64,000 nt of DNA, taken from positions 74,082 through 138,081 of the forward strand of contig NIVC01002820.1 in the NCBI GenBank assembly GCA_002269645.1, given 5' to 3'. The stretch is from Macrostomum lignano (lineage: Eukaryota). Position 1 is the stretch's first letter. Each line of letters starts with the position of its first letter. Of this stretch, positions 10,599 through 25,500 are shown in pieces. The notes under the pieces are model-generated. The model did not search any database and was not told the DNA's origin. It worked only from the letters and a program-made list of their open reading frames with translations. The position numbers were made by a program, and so were the translations under genes.

Positions 10599-13500
10599 AA
10601 TCGGTACTGAAGCCAATTTCCAAGAAATTCAACTGCTCCAGTTTCTAGGAATCAGTACTGAAGCCTATTTCCAAGAAATTCAACTGCTCCAGTTTCTAGG
10701 AATCTGTACTGAAGCCTATTTCCAAGAAATTCAACTGCTCCAGTTTCTAGGAATCTGTACTGAAGCCTATTTCCAAGAAATTCAACTGCTCCAGTTTCTA
10801 GGAATCAGTACTGAAGCCAATTTCCAAGAAATTCAACTGCTCCAGTTTCTAGGAATCAGTACTGAAGCCTATTTCCAAGAAATTCAACTGCTCCAGTTTC
10901 TAGGAATCTGTACTGAAGCCTATTTCCAAGAAATTCAACTGCTCCAGTTTCTAGGAATCAGTACTGAAGCCTATTTCCAAGAAATTCAACTGCTCCAGTT
11001 TCTAGGAATCAGTACTGAAGCCTATTTCCAAGAAATTCAACTGCTCCAGTTTCTAGGAATCAGTACTGAAGCCTATTTCCAAGAAATTCAACTGCTCCAG
11101 TTTCTAGGAATCTGTACTGAAGCCTATTTTCAAGAAATTCAACTGCTCCAGTTTCTAGGAATCAGTACCGAAGCTTATTTCCAAGAGATTCAACTGCTCC
11201 AGTTTCTAGGAATCAGTACCGAAGCTTATTTCCAAGAAATTCAACTGCTCCAGTTTCTAGGAATCTGTACTGAAGCCTATTTTCAAGAAACTCAACTGCT
11301 CCAGTTTCTAGGAATCTGTACTGAAGCCTATTTCCAAGAAATTCAACTGCTCCAGTTTCTAGGAATCAGTACTGAAGCCTATTTCCAAGAAATTCAACTG
11401 CTCCAGTTTCTAGGAATCAGTACTGAAGCCTATTTCCAAGAAATTCAACTGCTCCAGTTTCTAGGAATCAGTACTGAAGCCTATTTCCAAGAAATTCAAC
11501 TGCTCCAGTTTCTAGGAATCTGTACTGAAGCCTATTTTCAAGAAACTCAACTGCTTCAGTTTCTAGGAATCAGTACTGAAGCCTATTTCCAAGAAATTCA
11601 ACTGCTCCAGTTTCTAGGAATCAGTACTGAAGCCTATTTCCAAGAAATTCAACTGCTCCATTTTCTAGGAATCTGTACTGAAGCCTATTTCCAAGAAATT
11701 CCACTGCTCCAGTTTCTAGGAATCTGTACTGAAGCCTATTTCCAAGAAATTCAACTGCTCCAGTTTCTAGGAATCAGTACTGAAGCTTATTTCCAAGAAA
11801 TTCAACTGCTCCAGTTTCTAGGAATCAGTACTGAAGCCTATTTCCAAGAAATTCAACTGCTCCAGTTTCTAGGAATCTGTACTGAAGCCTATTTCCAAGA
11901 AATTCAACTGCTCCAGTTTCTAGGAATCTGTACTGAAGCCTATTTCCAAGAAATTCAACTGCTCCAGTTTCTAGGAATCAGTACTGAAGCCTATTTCCAA
12001 GAAATTCAACTGCTCCAGTTTCTAGGAATCTGTACTGAAGCCTATTTCCAAGAAATTCAACTGCTCCAGTTTCTAGGAATCAGTACTGAAGCCTATTTCC
12101 AAGAAATTCAACTGCTCCAGTTTCTAGGAATCAGTACTGAAGCTTATTTCCAAGAAATTCCACTGCTCCAGTTTCTAGGAATCAGTACTGAAGCCTATTT
12201 CCAAGAAATTCAACTGCTCCAGTTTCTAGGAATCAGTACTGAAGCCTATTTCCAAGAAATTCAACTGCTCCAGTTTCTAGGAATCTGTACTGAAGCCTAT
12301 TTTCAAGAAATTCAACTGCTCCAGTTTCTAGGAATCAGTACCGAAGCTTATTTCCAAGAGATTCAACTGCTCCAGTTTCTAGGAATCAGTACCGAAGCTT
12401 ATTTCCAAGAAATTCAACTGCTCCAGTTTCTAGGAATCTGTACTGAAGCCTATTTTCAAGAAATTCAACTGCTCAGTTTCTAGGAATCAGTACTGAAGCC
12501 TATTTCAAGAAATTCAACTGCTCCAGTTTCTAGGAATCAGTACTGAAGCCTATTTCCAAGAAATTCAACTGCTCCAGTTTCTAGGAATCAGTACTGAAGC
12601 CTATTTCCAAGAAATTCAACTGCTCCAGTTTCTAGGAATCAGTACTGAAGCCTATTTCCAAGAAATTCAACTGCTCCAGTTTCTAGGAATCTGTACTGAA
12701 GCCTATTTCCAAGAAATTCAACTGCTCCAGTTTCTAGGAATCAGTACTGAAGCCTATTTCCAAGAAATTCAACTGCTCCAGTTTCTAGGAATCTGTACTG
12801 AAGCCTATTTCAAGAAATTCAACTGCTCCAGTTTCTAGGAATCAGTACTGAAGCTATTTCCAAGAATTCAACTGCTCCAGTTTCTAGGAATCAGTACCGA
12901 AGCTTATTTCCAAGAAATTCAACTGCTCCAGTTTCTAGGAATCTGTACTGAAGCCTATTTTCAAGAAACTCAACTGCTTCAGTTTCTAGGAATCAGTACT
13001 GAAGCCTATTTCCAAGAAATTCAACTGCTCCAGTTTCTAGGAATCAGTACTGAAGCCTATTTCCAAGAAATTCAACTGCTCCAGTTTCTAGGAATCTGTA
13101 CTGAAGCCTATTTCCAAGAAATTCAACTGCTCCAGTTTCTAGGAATCTGTACTGAAGCCTATTTTCAAGAAATTCAACTGCTCCAGTTTCTAGGAATCTG
13201 TACTGAAGCCTATTTCAAGAAATTCAACTGCTCAGTTTCTAGGAATCTGTACTGAAGCCTATTTCCAAGAAATTCAACTGCTCCAGTTCTAGGAATCTGT
13301 ACTGAAGCCTATTTCCAAGAAATTCAACTGCTCCAGTTTCTAGGAATCTGTACTGAAGCCTATTTTCAAGAAATTCAACTGCTCCAGTTTCTAGGAATCA
13401 GTACTGAAGCCTATTTCCAAGAAATTCAACTGCTCCAGTTTCTAGGAATCAGTACTGAAGCCTATTTCCAAGAAATTCAACTGCTCCAGTTTCTAGGAAT

Positions 13501-16500
13501 CAGTACTGAAGCCTATTTCCAAGAAATTCAACTGCTCCAGTTTCTAGGAATCAGTACTGAAGCCTATTTTCAAGAAATTCAACTGCTCCAGTTTCTAGGA
13601 ATCAGTACCGAAGCTTATTTCCAAGAAATTCAACTGCTCCAGTTTCTAGGAATCAGTACTGAAGCTTATTTCCAAGAAATTCAACTGCTCCAGTTTCTAG
13701 GAATCTGTACTGAAGCCTATTTCCAAGAAATTCAACTGCTCAGTTTCTAGGAATCAGTACTGAAGCCTATTTCCAAGAAATTCAACTGCTCCAGTTTCTA
13801 GGAATCAGTACTGAAGCCTATTTCCAAGAAATTCAACTGCTCCAGTTTCTAGGAATCAGTACTGAAGCTATTTCCAAGAAATTCAACTGCTCCAGTTTCT
13901 AGGAATCAGTACTGAAGCCTATTTCCAAGAAATTCAACTGCTCCAGTTTCTAGGAATCAGTACTGAAGCCTATTTCCAAGAAATTCAACTGCTCCAGTTT
14001 CTAGGAATCAGTACTGAAGCCTATTTCCAAGAAATTCAACTGCTCCAGTTTCTAGGAATCTGTACTGAAGCCTATTTCAAGAAATTCAACTGCTCCAGTT
14101 TCTAGGAATCTGTACTGAAGCCTATTTCAAGAAATTCAACTGCTCCAGTTTCTAGGAATCAGTACTGAAGCCTATTTCAAGAAATTCAACTGCTCCAGTT
14201 TCTAGGAATCTGTACTGAAGCCTATTTCCAAGAAATTCAACTGCTCAGTTTCTAGGAATCAGTACTGAAGCCTATTTCCAAGAAATTCAACTGCTCCAGT
14301 TTCTAGGAATCAGTACTGAAGCCTATTTCCAAGAAATTCAACTGCTCCAGTTTCTAGGAATCAGTACTGAAGCCTATTTCCAAGAAATTCAACTGCTCCA
14401 GTTTCTAGGAATCTGTACTGAAGCCTATTTCAAGAAATTCAACTGCTCCAGTTTCTAGGAATCTGTACTGAAGCCTATTTCCAAGAAATTCAACTGCTCC
14501 AGTTTCTAGGAATCAGTACTGAAGCCTATTTCAAGAAATTCAACTGCTCCAGTTTCTAGGAATCTGTACTGAAGCCTATTTCAAGAAATTCAACTGCTCC
14601 AGTTTCTAGGAATCAGTACCGAAGCTTATTTCCAAGAAATTCAACTGCTCCAGTTTCTAGGAATCTGTACTGAAGCCTATTTCCAAGAAATTCAACTGCT
14701 CCAGTTTCTAGGAATCAGTACTGAAGCCTATTTCCAAGAAATTCAACTGCTCCAGTTTCTAGGAATCTGTACTGAAGCCTATTTCCAAGAAATTCAACTG
14801 CTCCAGTTTCTAGGAATCTGTACTGAAGCCTATTTCCAAGAAATTCAACTGCTCCAGTTTCTAGGAATCTGTACTGAAGCCTATTTCCAAGAAATTCAAC
14901 TGCTCCAGTTTCTAGGAATCTGTACTGAAGCCTATTTTCAAGAAATTCAACTGCTCCAGTTTCTAGGAATCAGTACTGAAGCCTATTTCCAAGAAATTCA
15001 ACTGCTCCAGTTTCTAGGAATCAGTACTGAAGCCTATTTCCAAGAAATTCAACTGCTCCAGTTTCTAGGAATCAGTACTGAAGCCTATTTCAAGAAATTC
15101 AACTGCTCCAGTTTCTAGGAATCAGTACTGAAGCCTATTTCCAAGAAATTCAACTGCTCCAGTTTCTAGGAATCAGTACTGAAGCCTATTTCAAGAAATT
15201 CAACTGCTCCAGTTTCTAGGAATCAGTACTGAAGCCTATTTCCAAGAAATTCAACTGCTCCAGTTTCTAGGAATCAGTACTGAAGCCTATTTCCAAGAAA
15301 TTCAACTGCTCCAGTTTCTAGGAATCTGTACTGAAGCCTATTTCAAGAAATTCAACTGCTCCAGTTTCTAGGAATCAGTACTGAAGCCTATTTCCAAGAA
15401 ATTCAACTGCTCCAGTTTCTAGGAATCAGTACTGAAGCCTATTTCCAAGAAATTCAACTGCTCCAGTTTCTAGGAATCAGTACTGAAGCCTATTTCCAAG
15501 AAATTCAACTGCTCCAGTTTCTAGGAATCAGTACTGAAGCCTATTTCCAAGAAATTCAACTGCTCCAGTTTCTAGGAATCAGTACTGAAGCCTATTTCCA
15601 AGAAATTCAACTGCTCCAGTTTCTAGGAATCAGTACTGAAGCCTATTTCCAAGAAATTCAACTGCTCCAGTTTCTAGGAATCAGTACTGAAGCCTATTTC
15701 CAAGAAATTCAACTGCTCCAGTTTCTAGGAATCAGTACTGAAGCCTATTTCCAAGAAATTCAACTGCTCCAGTTTCTAGGAATCAGTACTGAAGCCTATT
15801 TCCAAGAAATTCAACTGCTCCAGTTTCTAGGAATCAGTACTGAAGCCTATTTCAAGAAATTCAACTGCTCCAGTTTCTAGGAATCTGTACTGAAGCCTAT
15901 TTCCAAGAAATTCAACTGCTCCAGTTTCTAGGAATCAGTACTGAAGCCTATTTCCAAGAAATTCAACTGCTCCAGTTTCTAGGAATCAGTACTGAAGCCT
16001 ATTTCCAAGAAATTCAACTGCTCCAGTTTCTAGGAATCAGTACTGAAGCCTATTTCAAGAAATTCAACTGCTCCAGTTTCTAGGAATCTGTACTGAAGCC
16101 TATTTCCAAGAAATTCAACTGCTCCAGTTTCTAGGAATCAGTACTGAAGCCTATTTCCAAGAAATTCAACTGCTCCAGTTTCTAGGAATCTGTACTGAAG
16201 CCTATTTCAAGAAATTCAACTGCTCCAGTTTCTAGGAATCAGTACTGAAGCCTATTTCAAGAAATTCAACTGCTCCAGTTTCTAGGAATCAGTACTGAAG
16301 CCTATTTCCAAGAAATTCAACTGCTCCAGTTTCTAGGAATCAGTACTGAAGCCTATTTCCAAGAAATTCAACTGCTCCAGTTTCTAGGAATCAGTACTGA
16401 AGCCTATTTCCAAGAAATTCAACTGCTCCAGTTTCTAGGAATCAGTACTGAAGCCTATTTCCAAGAAATTCAACTGCTCCAGTTTCTAGGAATCAGTACT

Positions 16501-19500
16501 GAAGCCTATTTCCAAGAAATTCAACTGCTCCAGTTTCTAGGAATCAGTACTGAAGCCTATTTCAAGAAATTCAACTGCTCCAGTTTCTAGGAATCAGTAC
16601 TGAAGCCTATTTCAAGAAATTCAACTGCTCCAGTTTCTAGGAATCAGTACTGAAGCCTATTTCCAAGAAATTCAACTGCTCCAGTTTCTAGGAATCAGTA
16701 CTGAAGCCTATTTCCAAGAAATTCAACTGCTCCAGTTTCTAGGAATCAGTACTGAAGCCTATTTCAAGAAATTCAACTGCTCCAGTTTCTAGGAATCAGT
16801 ACTGAAGCCTATTTCCAAGAAATTCAACTGCTCCAGTTTCTAGGAATCAGTACTGAAGCCTATTTCCAAGAAATTCAACTGCTCCAGTTTCTAGGAATCA
16901 GTACTGAAGCCTATTTCCAAGAAATTCAACTGCTCCAGTTTCTAGGAATCAGTACTGAAGCCTATTTCCAAGAAATTCAACTGCTCCAGTTTCTAGGAAT
17001 CAGTACTGAAGCCTATTTCCAAGAAATTCAACTGCTCCAGTTTCTAGGAATCAGTACTGAAGCCTATTTCCAAGAAATTCAACTGCTCCAGTTTCTAGGA
17101 ATCAGTACTGAAGCCTATTTCCAAGAAATTCAACTGCTCCAGTTTCTAGGAATCAGTACTGAAGCCTATTTCCAAGAAATTCAACTGCTCCAGTTTCTAG
17201 GAATCAGTACTGAAGCCTATTTCCAAGAAATTCAACTGCTCCAGTTTCTAGGAATCAGTACTGAAGCCTATTTCCAAGAAATTCAACTGCTCCAGTTTCT
17301 AGGAATCAGTACTGAAGCCTATTTCCAAGAAATTCAACTGCTCCAGTTTCTAGGAATCAGTACTGAAGCCTATTTCCAAGAAATTCAACTGCTCCAGTTT
17401 CTAGGAATCTGTACTGAAGCCTATTTCCAAGAAATTCAACTGCTCCAGTTTCTAGGAATCAGTACTGAAGCCTATTTCCAAGAAATTCAACTGCTCCAGT
17501 TTCTAGGAATCAGTACTGAAGCCTATTTCCAAGAAATTCAACTGCTCCAGTTTCTAGGAATCAGTACTGAAGCCTATTTCCAAGAAATTCAACTGCTCCA
17601 GTTTCTAGGAATCAGTACTGAAGCCTATTTCCAAGAAATTCAACTGCTCCAGTTTCTAGGAATCAGTACTGAAGCCTATTTCCAAGAAATTCAACTGCTC
17701 CAGTTTCTAGGAATCAGTACTGAAGCCTATTTCCAAGAAATTCAACTGCTCCAGTTTCTAGGAATCAGTACTGAAGCCTATTTCCAAGAAATTCAACTGC
17801 TCCAGTTTCTAGGAATCAGTACTGAAGCCTATTTCAAGAAATTCAACTGCTCCAGTTTCTAGGAATCAGTACTGAAGCCTATTTCCAAGAAATTCAACTG
17901 CTCCAGTTTCTAGGAATCAGTACTGAAGCCTATTTCCAAGAAATTCAACTGCTCCAGTTTCTAGGAATCAGTACTGAAGCCTATTTCAAGAAATTCAACT
18001 GCTCCAGTTTCTAGGAATCAGTACTGAAGCCTATTTCCAAGAAATTCAACTGCTCCAGTTTCTAGGAATCAGTACTGAAGCCTATTTCCAAGAAATTCAA
18101 CTGCTCCAGTTTCTAGGAATCAGTACTGAAGCCTATTTCCAAGAAATTCAACTGCTCCAGTTTCTAGGAATCAGTACTGAAGCCTATTTCCAAGAAATTC
18201 AACTGCTCCAGTTTCTAGGAATCTGTACTGAAGCCTATTTCAAGAAATTCAACTGCTCCAGTTTCTAGGAATCAGTACTGAAGCCTATTTCCAAGAAATT
18301 CAACTGCTCCAGTTTCTAGGAATCAGTACTGAAGCCTATTTCAAGAAATTCAACTGCTCCAGTTTCTAGGAATCAGTACTGAAGCCTATTTCCAAGAAAT
18401 TCAACTGCTCCAGTTTCTAGGAATCAGTACTGAAGCCTATTTCCAAGAAATTCAACTGCTCCAGTTTCTAGGAATCAGTACTGAAGCCTATTTCCAAGAA
18501 ATTCAACTGCTCCAGTTTCTAGGAATCAGTACTGAAGCCTATTTCCAAGAAATTCAACTGCTCCAGTTTCTAGGAATCAGTACTGAAGCCTATTTCCAAG
18601 AAATTCAACTGCTCCAGTTTCTAGGAATCAGTACTGAAGCCTATTTCCAAGAAATTCAACTGCTCCAGTTTCTAGGAATCAGTACTGAAGCCTATTTCCA
18701 AGAAATTCAACTGCTCCAGTTTCTAGGAATCAGTACTGAAGCCTATTTCCAAGAAATTCAACTGCTCCAGTTTCTAGGAATCAGTACTGAAGCCTATTTC
18801 CAAGAAATTCAACTGCTCCAGTTTCTAGGAATCAGTACTGAAGCCTATTTCCAAGAAATTCAACTGCTCCAGTTTCTAGGAATCAGTACTGAAGCCTATT
18901 TCCAAGAAATTCAACTGCTCCAGTTTCTAGGAATCTGTACTGAAGCCTATTTCCAAGAAATTCAACTGCTCCAGTTTCTAGGAATCAGTACTGAAGCCTA
19001 TTTCCAAGAAATTCAACTGCTCCAGTTTCTAGGAATCAGTACTGAAGCCTATTTCCAAGAAATTCAACTGCTCCAGTTTCTAGGAATCTGTACTGAAGCC
19101 TATTTCCAAGAAATTCAACTGCTCCAGTTTCTAGGAATCAGTACTGAAGCCTATTTCCAAGAAATTCAACTGCTCCAGTTTCTAGGAATCAGTACTGAAG
19201 CCTATTTCCAAGAAATTCAACTGCTCCAGTTTCTAGGAATCAGTACTGAAGCCTATTTCCAAGAAATTCAACTGCTCCAGTTTCTAGGAATCAGTACTGA
19301 AGCCTATTTCCAAGAAATTCAACTGCTCCAGTTTCTAGGAATCAGTACTGAAGCCTATTTCCAAGAAATTCAACTGCTCCAGTTTCTAGGAATCAGTACT
19401 GAAGCCTATTTCCAAGAAATTCAACTGCTCCAGTTTCTAGGAATCAGTACTGAAGCCTATTTCCAAGAAATTCAACTGCTCCAGTTTCTAGGAATCAGTA

Positions 19501-22500
19501 CTGAAGCCTATTTCCAAGAAATTCAACTGCTCCAGTTTCTAGGAATCAGTACTGAAGCCTATTTCCAAGAAATTCAACTGCTCCAGTTTCTAGGAATCAG
19601 TACTGAAGCCTATTTCCAAGAAATTCAACTGCTCCAGTTTCTAGGAATCAGTACTGAAGCCTATTTCAAGAAATTCAACTGCTCCAGTTTCTAGGAATCA
19701 GTACTGAAGCCTATTTCCAAGAAATTCAACTGCTCCAGTTTCTAGGAATCAGTACTGAAGCCTATTTCCAAGAAATTCAACTGCTCCAGTTTCTAGGAAT
19801 CAGTACTGAAGCCTATTTCCAAGAAATTCAACTGCTCCAGTTTCTAGGAATCAGTACTGAAGCCTATTTCCAAGAAATTCAACTGCTCCAGTTTCTAGGA
19901 ATCAGTACTGAAGCCTATTTCCAAGAAATTCAACTGCTCCAGTTTCTAGGAATCAGTACTGAAGCCTATTTCCAAGAAATTCAACTGCTCCAGTTTCTAG
20001 GAATCAGTACTGAAGCCTATTTCCAAGAAATTCAACTGCTCCAGTTTCTAGGAATCAGTACTGAAGCCTATTTCCAAGAAATTCAACTGCTCCAGTTTCT
20101 AGGAATCAGTACTGAAGCCTATTTCCAAGAAATTCAACTGCTCCAGTTTCTAGGAATCAGTACTGAAGCCTATTTCCAAGAAATTCAACTGCTCCAGTTT
20201 CTAGGAATCTGTACTGAAGCCTATTTCCAAGAAATTCAACTGCTCCAGTTTCTAGGAATCAGTACTGAAGCCTATTTCCAAGAAATTCAACTGCTCCAGT
20301 TTCTAGGAATCAGTACTGAAGCCTATTTCCAAGAAATTCAACTGCTCCAGTTTCTAGGAATCAGTACTGAAGCCTATTTCCAAGAAATTCAACTGCTCCA
20401 GTTTCTAGGAATCAGTACTGAAGCCTATTTCCAAGAAATTCAACTGCTCCAGTTTCTAGGAATCAGTACTGAAGCCTATTTCCAAGAAATTCAACTGCTC
20501 CAGTTTCTAGGAATCAGTACTGAAGCCTATTTCAAGAAATTCAACTGCTCCAGTTTCTAGGAATCAGTACTGAAGCCTATTTCCAAGAAATTCAACTGCT
20601 CCAGTTTCTAGGAATCAGTACTGAAGCCTATTTCCAAGAAATTCAACTGCTCCAGTTTCTAGGAATCAGTACTGAAGCCTATTTCCAAGAAATTCAACTG
20701 CTCCAGTTTCTAGGAATCAGTACTGAAGCCTATTTCCAAGAAATTCAACTGCTCCAGTTTCTAGGAATCAGTACTGAAGCCTATTTCCAAGAAATTCAAC
20801 TGCTCCAGTTTCTAGGAATCAGTACTGAAGCCTATTTCCAAGAAATTCAACTGCTCCAGTTTCTAGGAATCAGTACTGAAGCCTATTTCCAAGAAATTCA
20901 ACTGCTCCAGTTTCTAGGAATCAGTACTGAAGCCTATTTCCAAGAAATTCAACTGCTCCAGTTTCTAGGAATCAGTACTGAAGCCTATTTCCAAGAAATT
21001 CAACTGCTCCAGTTTCTAGGAATCAGTACTGAAGCCTATTTCCAAGAAATTCAACTGCTCCAGTTTCTAGGAATCAGTACTGAAGCCTATTTCCAAGAAA
21101 TTCAACTGCTCCAGTTTCTAGGAATCAGTACTGAAGCCTATTTCCAAGAAATTCAACTGCTCCAGTTTCTAGGAATCAGTACTGAAGCCTATTTCCAAGA
21201 AATTCAACTGCTCCAGTTTCTAGGAATCAGTACTGAAGCCTATTTCCAAGAAATTCAACTGCTCCAGTTTCTAGGAATCAGTACTGAAGCCTATTTCCAA
21301 GAAATTCAACTGCTCCAGTTTCTAGGAATCAGTACTGAAGCCTATTTCCAAGAAATTCAACTGCTCCAGTTTCTAGGAATCTGTACTGAAGCCTATTTCC
21401 AAGAAATTCAACTGCTCCAGTTTCTAGGAATCAGTACTGAAGCCTATTTCCAAGAAATTCAACTGCTCCAGTTTCTAGGAATCAGTACTGAAGCCTATTT
21501 CAAGAAATTCAACTGCTCCAGTTTCTAGGAATCAGTACTGAAGCCTATTTCCAAGAAATTCAACTGCTCCAGTTTCTAGGAATCAGTACTGAAGCCTATT
21601 TCCAAGAAATTCAACTGCTCCAGTTTCTAGGAATCAGTACTGAAGCCTATTTCCAAGAAATTCAACTGCTCCAGTTTCTAGGAATCAGTACTGAAGCCTA
21701 TTTCCAAGAAATTCAACTGCTCCAGTTTCTAGGAATCAGTACTGAAGCCTATTTCCAAGAAATTCAACTGCTCCAGTTTCTAGGAATCAGTACTGAAGCC
21801 TATTTCCAAGAAATTCAACTGCTCCAGTTTCTAGGAATCAGTACTGAAGCCTATTTCCAAGAAATTCAACTGCTCCAGTTTCTAGGAATCAGTACTGAAG
21901 CCTATTTCCAAGAAATTCAACTGCTCCAGTTTCTAGGAATCAGTACTGAAGCCTATTTCCAAGAAATTCAACTGCTCCAGTTTCTAGGAATCAGTACTGA
22001 AGCCTATTTCCAAGAAATTCAACTGCTCCAGTTTCTAGGAATCAGTACTGAAGCCTATTTCCAAGAAATTCAACTGCTCCAGTTTCTAGGAATCAGTACT
22101 GAAGCCTATTTCCAAGAAATTCAACTGCTCCAGTTTCTAGGAATCAGTACTGAAGCCTATTTCCAAGAAATTCAACTGCTCCAGTTTCTAGGAATCAGTA
22201 CTGAAGCCTATTTCCAAGAAATTCAACTGCTCCAGTTTCTAGGAATCAGTACTGAAGCCTATTTCCAAGAAATTCAACTGCTCCAGTTTCTAGGAATCAG
22301 TACTGAAGCCTATTTCCAAGAAATTCAACTGCTCCAGTTTCTAGGAATCAGTACTGAAGCCTATTTCCAAGAAATTCAACTGCTCCAGTTTCTAGGAATC
22401 AGTACTGAAGCCTATTTCCAAGAAATTCAACTGCTCCAGTTTCTAGGAATCAGTACTGAAGCCTATTTCCAAGAAATTCAACTGCTCCAGTTTCTAGGAA

Positions 22501-25500
22501 TCAGTACTGAAGCCTATTTCCAAGAAATTCAACTGCTCCAGTTTCTAGGAATCAGTACTGAAGCCTATTTCCAAGAAATTCAACTGCTCCAGTTTCTAGG
22601 AATCAGTACTGAAGCCTATTTCCAAGAAATTCAACTGCTCCAGTTTCTAGGAATCAGTACTGAAGCCTATTTCCAAGAAATTCAACTGCTCCAGTTTCTA
22701 GGAATCAGTACTGAAGCCTATTTCCAAGAAATTCAACTGCTCCAGTTTCTAGGAATCAGTACTGAAGCCTATTTCCAAGAAATTCAACTGCTCCAGTTTC
22801 TAGGAATCAGTACTGAAGCCTATTTCCAAGAAATTCAACTGCTCCAGTTTCTAGGAATCAGTACTGAAGCCTATTTCCAAGAAATTCAACTGCTCCAGTT
22901 TCTAGGAATCAGTACTGAAGCCTATTTCCAAGAAATTCAACTGCTCCAGTTTCTAGGAATCAGTACTGAAGCCTATTTCCAAGAAATTCAACTGCTCCAG
23001 TTTCTAGGAATCAGTACTGAAGCCTATTTCCAAGAAATTCAACTGCTCCAGTTTCTAGGAATCAGTACTGAAGCCTATTTCCAAGAAATTCAACTGCTCC
23101 AGTTTCTAGGAATCAGTACTGAAGCCTATTTCCAAGAAATTCAACTGCTCCAGTTTCTAGGAATCAGTACTGAAGCCTATTTCCAAGAAATTCAACTGCT
23201 CCAGTTTCTAGGAATCAGTACTGAAGCCTATTTCCAAGAAATTCAACTGCTCCAGTTTCTAGGAATCAGTACTGAAGCCTATTTCCAAGAAATTCAACTG
23301 CTCCAGTTTCTAGGAATCAGTACTGAAGCCTATTTCCAAGAAATTCAACTGCTCCAGTTTCTAGGAATCAGTACTGAAGCCTATTTCCAAGAAATTCAAC
23401 TGCTCCAGTTTCTAGGAATCAGTACTGAAGCCTATTTCCAAGAAATTCAACTGCTCCAGTTTCTAGGAATCAGTACTGAAGCCTATTTCCAAGAAATTCA
23501 ACTGCTCCAGTTTCTAGGAATCAGTACTGAAGCCTATTTCCAAGAAATTCAACTGCTCCAGTTTCTAGGAATCAGTACTGAAGCCTATTTCCAAGAAATT
23601 CAACTGCTCCAGTTTCTAGGAATCAGTACTGAAGCCTATTTCAAGAAATTCAACTGCTCCAGTTTCTAGGAATCAGTACTGAAGCCTATTTCCAAGAAAT
23701 TCAACTGCTCCAGTTTCTAGGAATCAGTACTGAAGCCTATTTCCAAGAAATTCAACTGCTCCAGTTTCTAGGAATCAGTACTGAAGCCTATTTCCAAGAA
23801 ATTCAACTGCTCCAGTTTCTAGGAATCAGTACTGAAGCCTATTTCCAAGAAATTCAACTGCTCCAGTTTCTAGGAATCAGTACTGAAGCCTATTTCCAAG
23901 AAATTCAACTGCTCCAGTTTCTAGGAATCAGTACTGAAGCCTATTTCCAAGAAATTCAACTGCTCCAGTTTCTAGGAATCAGTACTGAAGCCTATTTCCA
24001 AGAAATTCAACTGCTCCAGTTTCTAGGAATCAGTACTGAAGCCTATTTCCAAGAAATTCAACTGCTCCAGTTTCTAGGAATCAGTACTGAAGCCTATTTC
24101 CAAGAAATTCAACTGCTCCAGTTTCTAGGAATCAGTACTGAAGCCTATTTCCAAGAAATTCAACTGCTCCAGTTTCTAGGAATCAGTACTGAAGCCTATT
24201 TCCAAGAAATTCAACTGCTCCAGTTTCTAGGAATCAGTACTGAAGCCTATTTCCAAGAAATTCAACTGCTCCAGTTTCTAGGAATCAGTACTGAAGCCTA
24301 TTTCCAAGAAATTCAACTGCTCCAGTTTCTAGGAATCAGTACTGAAGCCTATTTCCAAGAAATTCAACTGCTCCAGTTTCTAGGAATCAGTACTGAAGCC
24401 TATTTCCAAGAAATTCAACTGCTCCAGTTTCTAGGAATCAGTACTGAAGCCTATTTCCAAGAAATTCAACTGCTCCAGTTTCTAGGAATCAGTACTGAAG
24501 CCTATTTCCAAGAAATTCAACTGCTCCAGTTTCTAGGAATCAGTACTGAAGCCTATTTCCAAGAAATTCAACTGCTCCAGTTTCTAGGAATCAGTACTGA
24601 AGCCTATTTCCAAGAAATTCAACTGCTCCAGTTTCTAGGAATCAGTACTGAAGCCTATTTCCAAGAAATTCAACTGCTCCAGTTTCTAGGAATCAGTACT
24701 GAAGCCTATTTCCAAGAAATTCAACTGCTCCAGTTTCTAGGAATCAGTACTGAAGCCTATTTCCAAGAAATTCAACTGCTCCAGTTTCTAGGAATCAGTA
24801 CTGAAGCCTATTTCCAAGAAATTCAACTGCTCCAGTTTCTAGGAATCAGTACTGAAGCCTATTTCCAAGAAATTCAACTGCTCCAGTTTCTAGGAATCAG
24901 TACTGAAGCCTATTTCCAAGAAATTCAACTGCTCCAGTTTCTAGGAATCAGTACTGAAGCCTATTTCCAAGAAATTCAACTGCTCCAGTTTCTAGGAATC
25001 AGTACTGAAGCCTATTTCCAAGAAATTCAACTGCTCCAGTTTCTAGGAATCAGTACTGAAGCCTATTTCCAAGAAATTCAACTGCTCCAGTTTCTAGGAA
25101 TCAGTACTGAAGCCTATTTCCAAGAAATTCAACTGCTCCAGTTTCTAGGAATCAGTACTGAAGCCTATTTCCAAGAAATTCAACTGCTCCAGTTTCTAGG
25201 AATCAGTACTGAAGCCTATTTCCAAGAAATTCAACTGCTCCAGTTTCTAGGAATCAGTACTGAAGCCTATTTCCAAGAAATTCAACTGCTCCAGTTTCTA
25301 GGAATCAGTACTGAAGCCTATTTCCAAGAAATTCAACTGCTCCAGTTTCTAGGAATCAGTACTGAAGCCTATTTCCAAGAAATTCAACTGCTCCAGTTTC
25401 TAGGAATCAGTACTGAAGCCTATTTCCAAGAAATTCAACTGCTCCAGTTTCTAGGAATCAGTACTGAAGCCTATTTCCAAGAAATTCAACTGCTCCAGTT

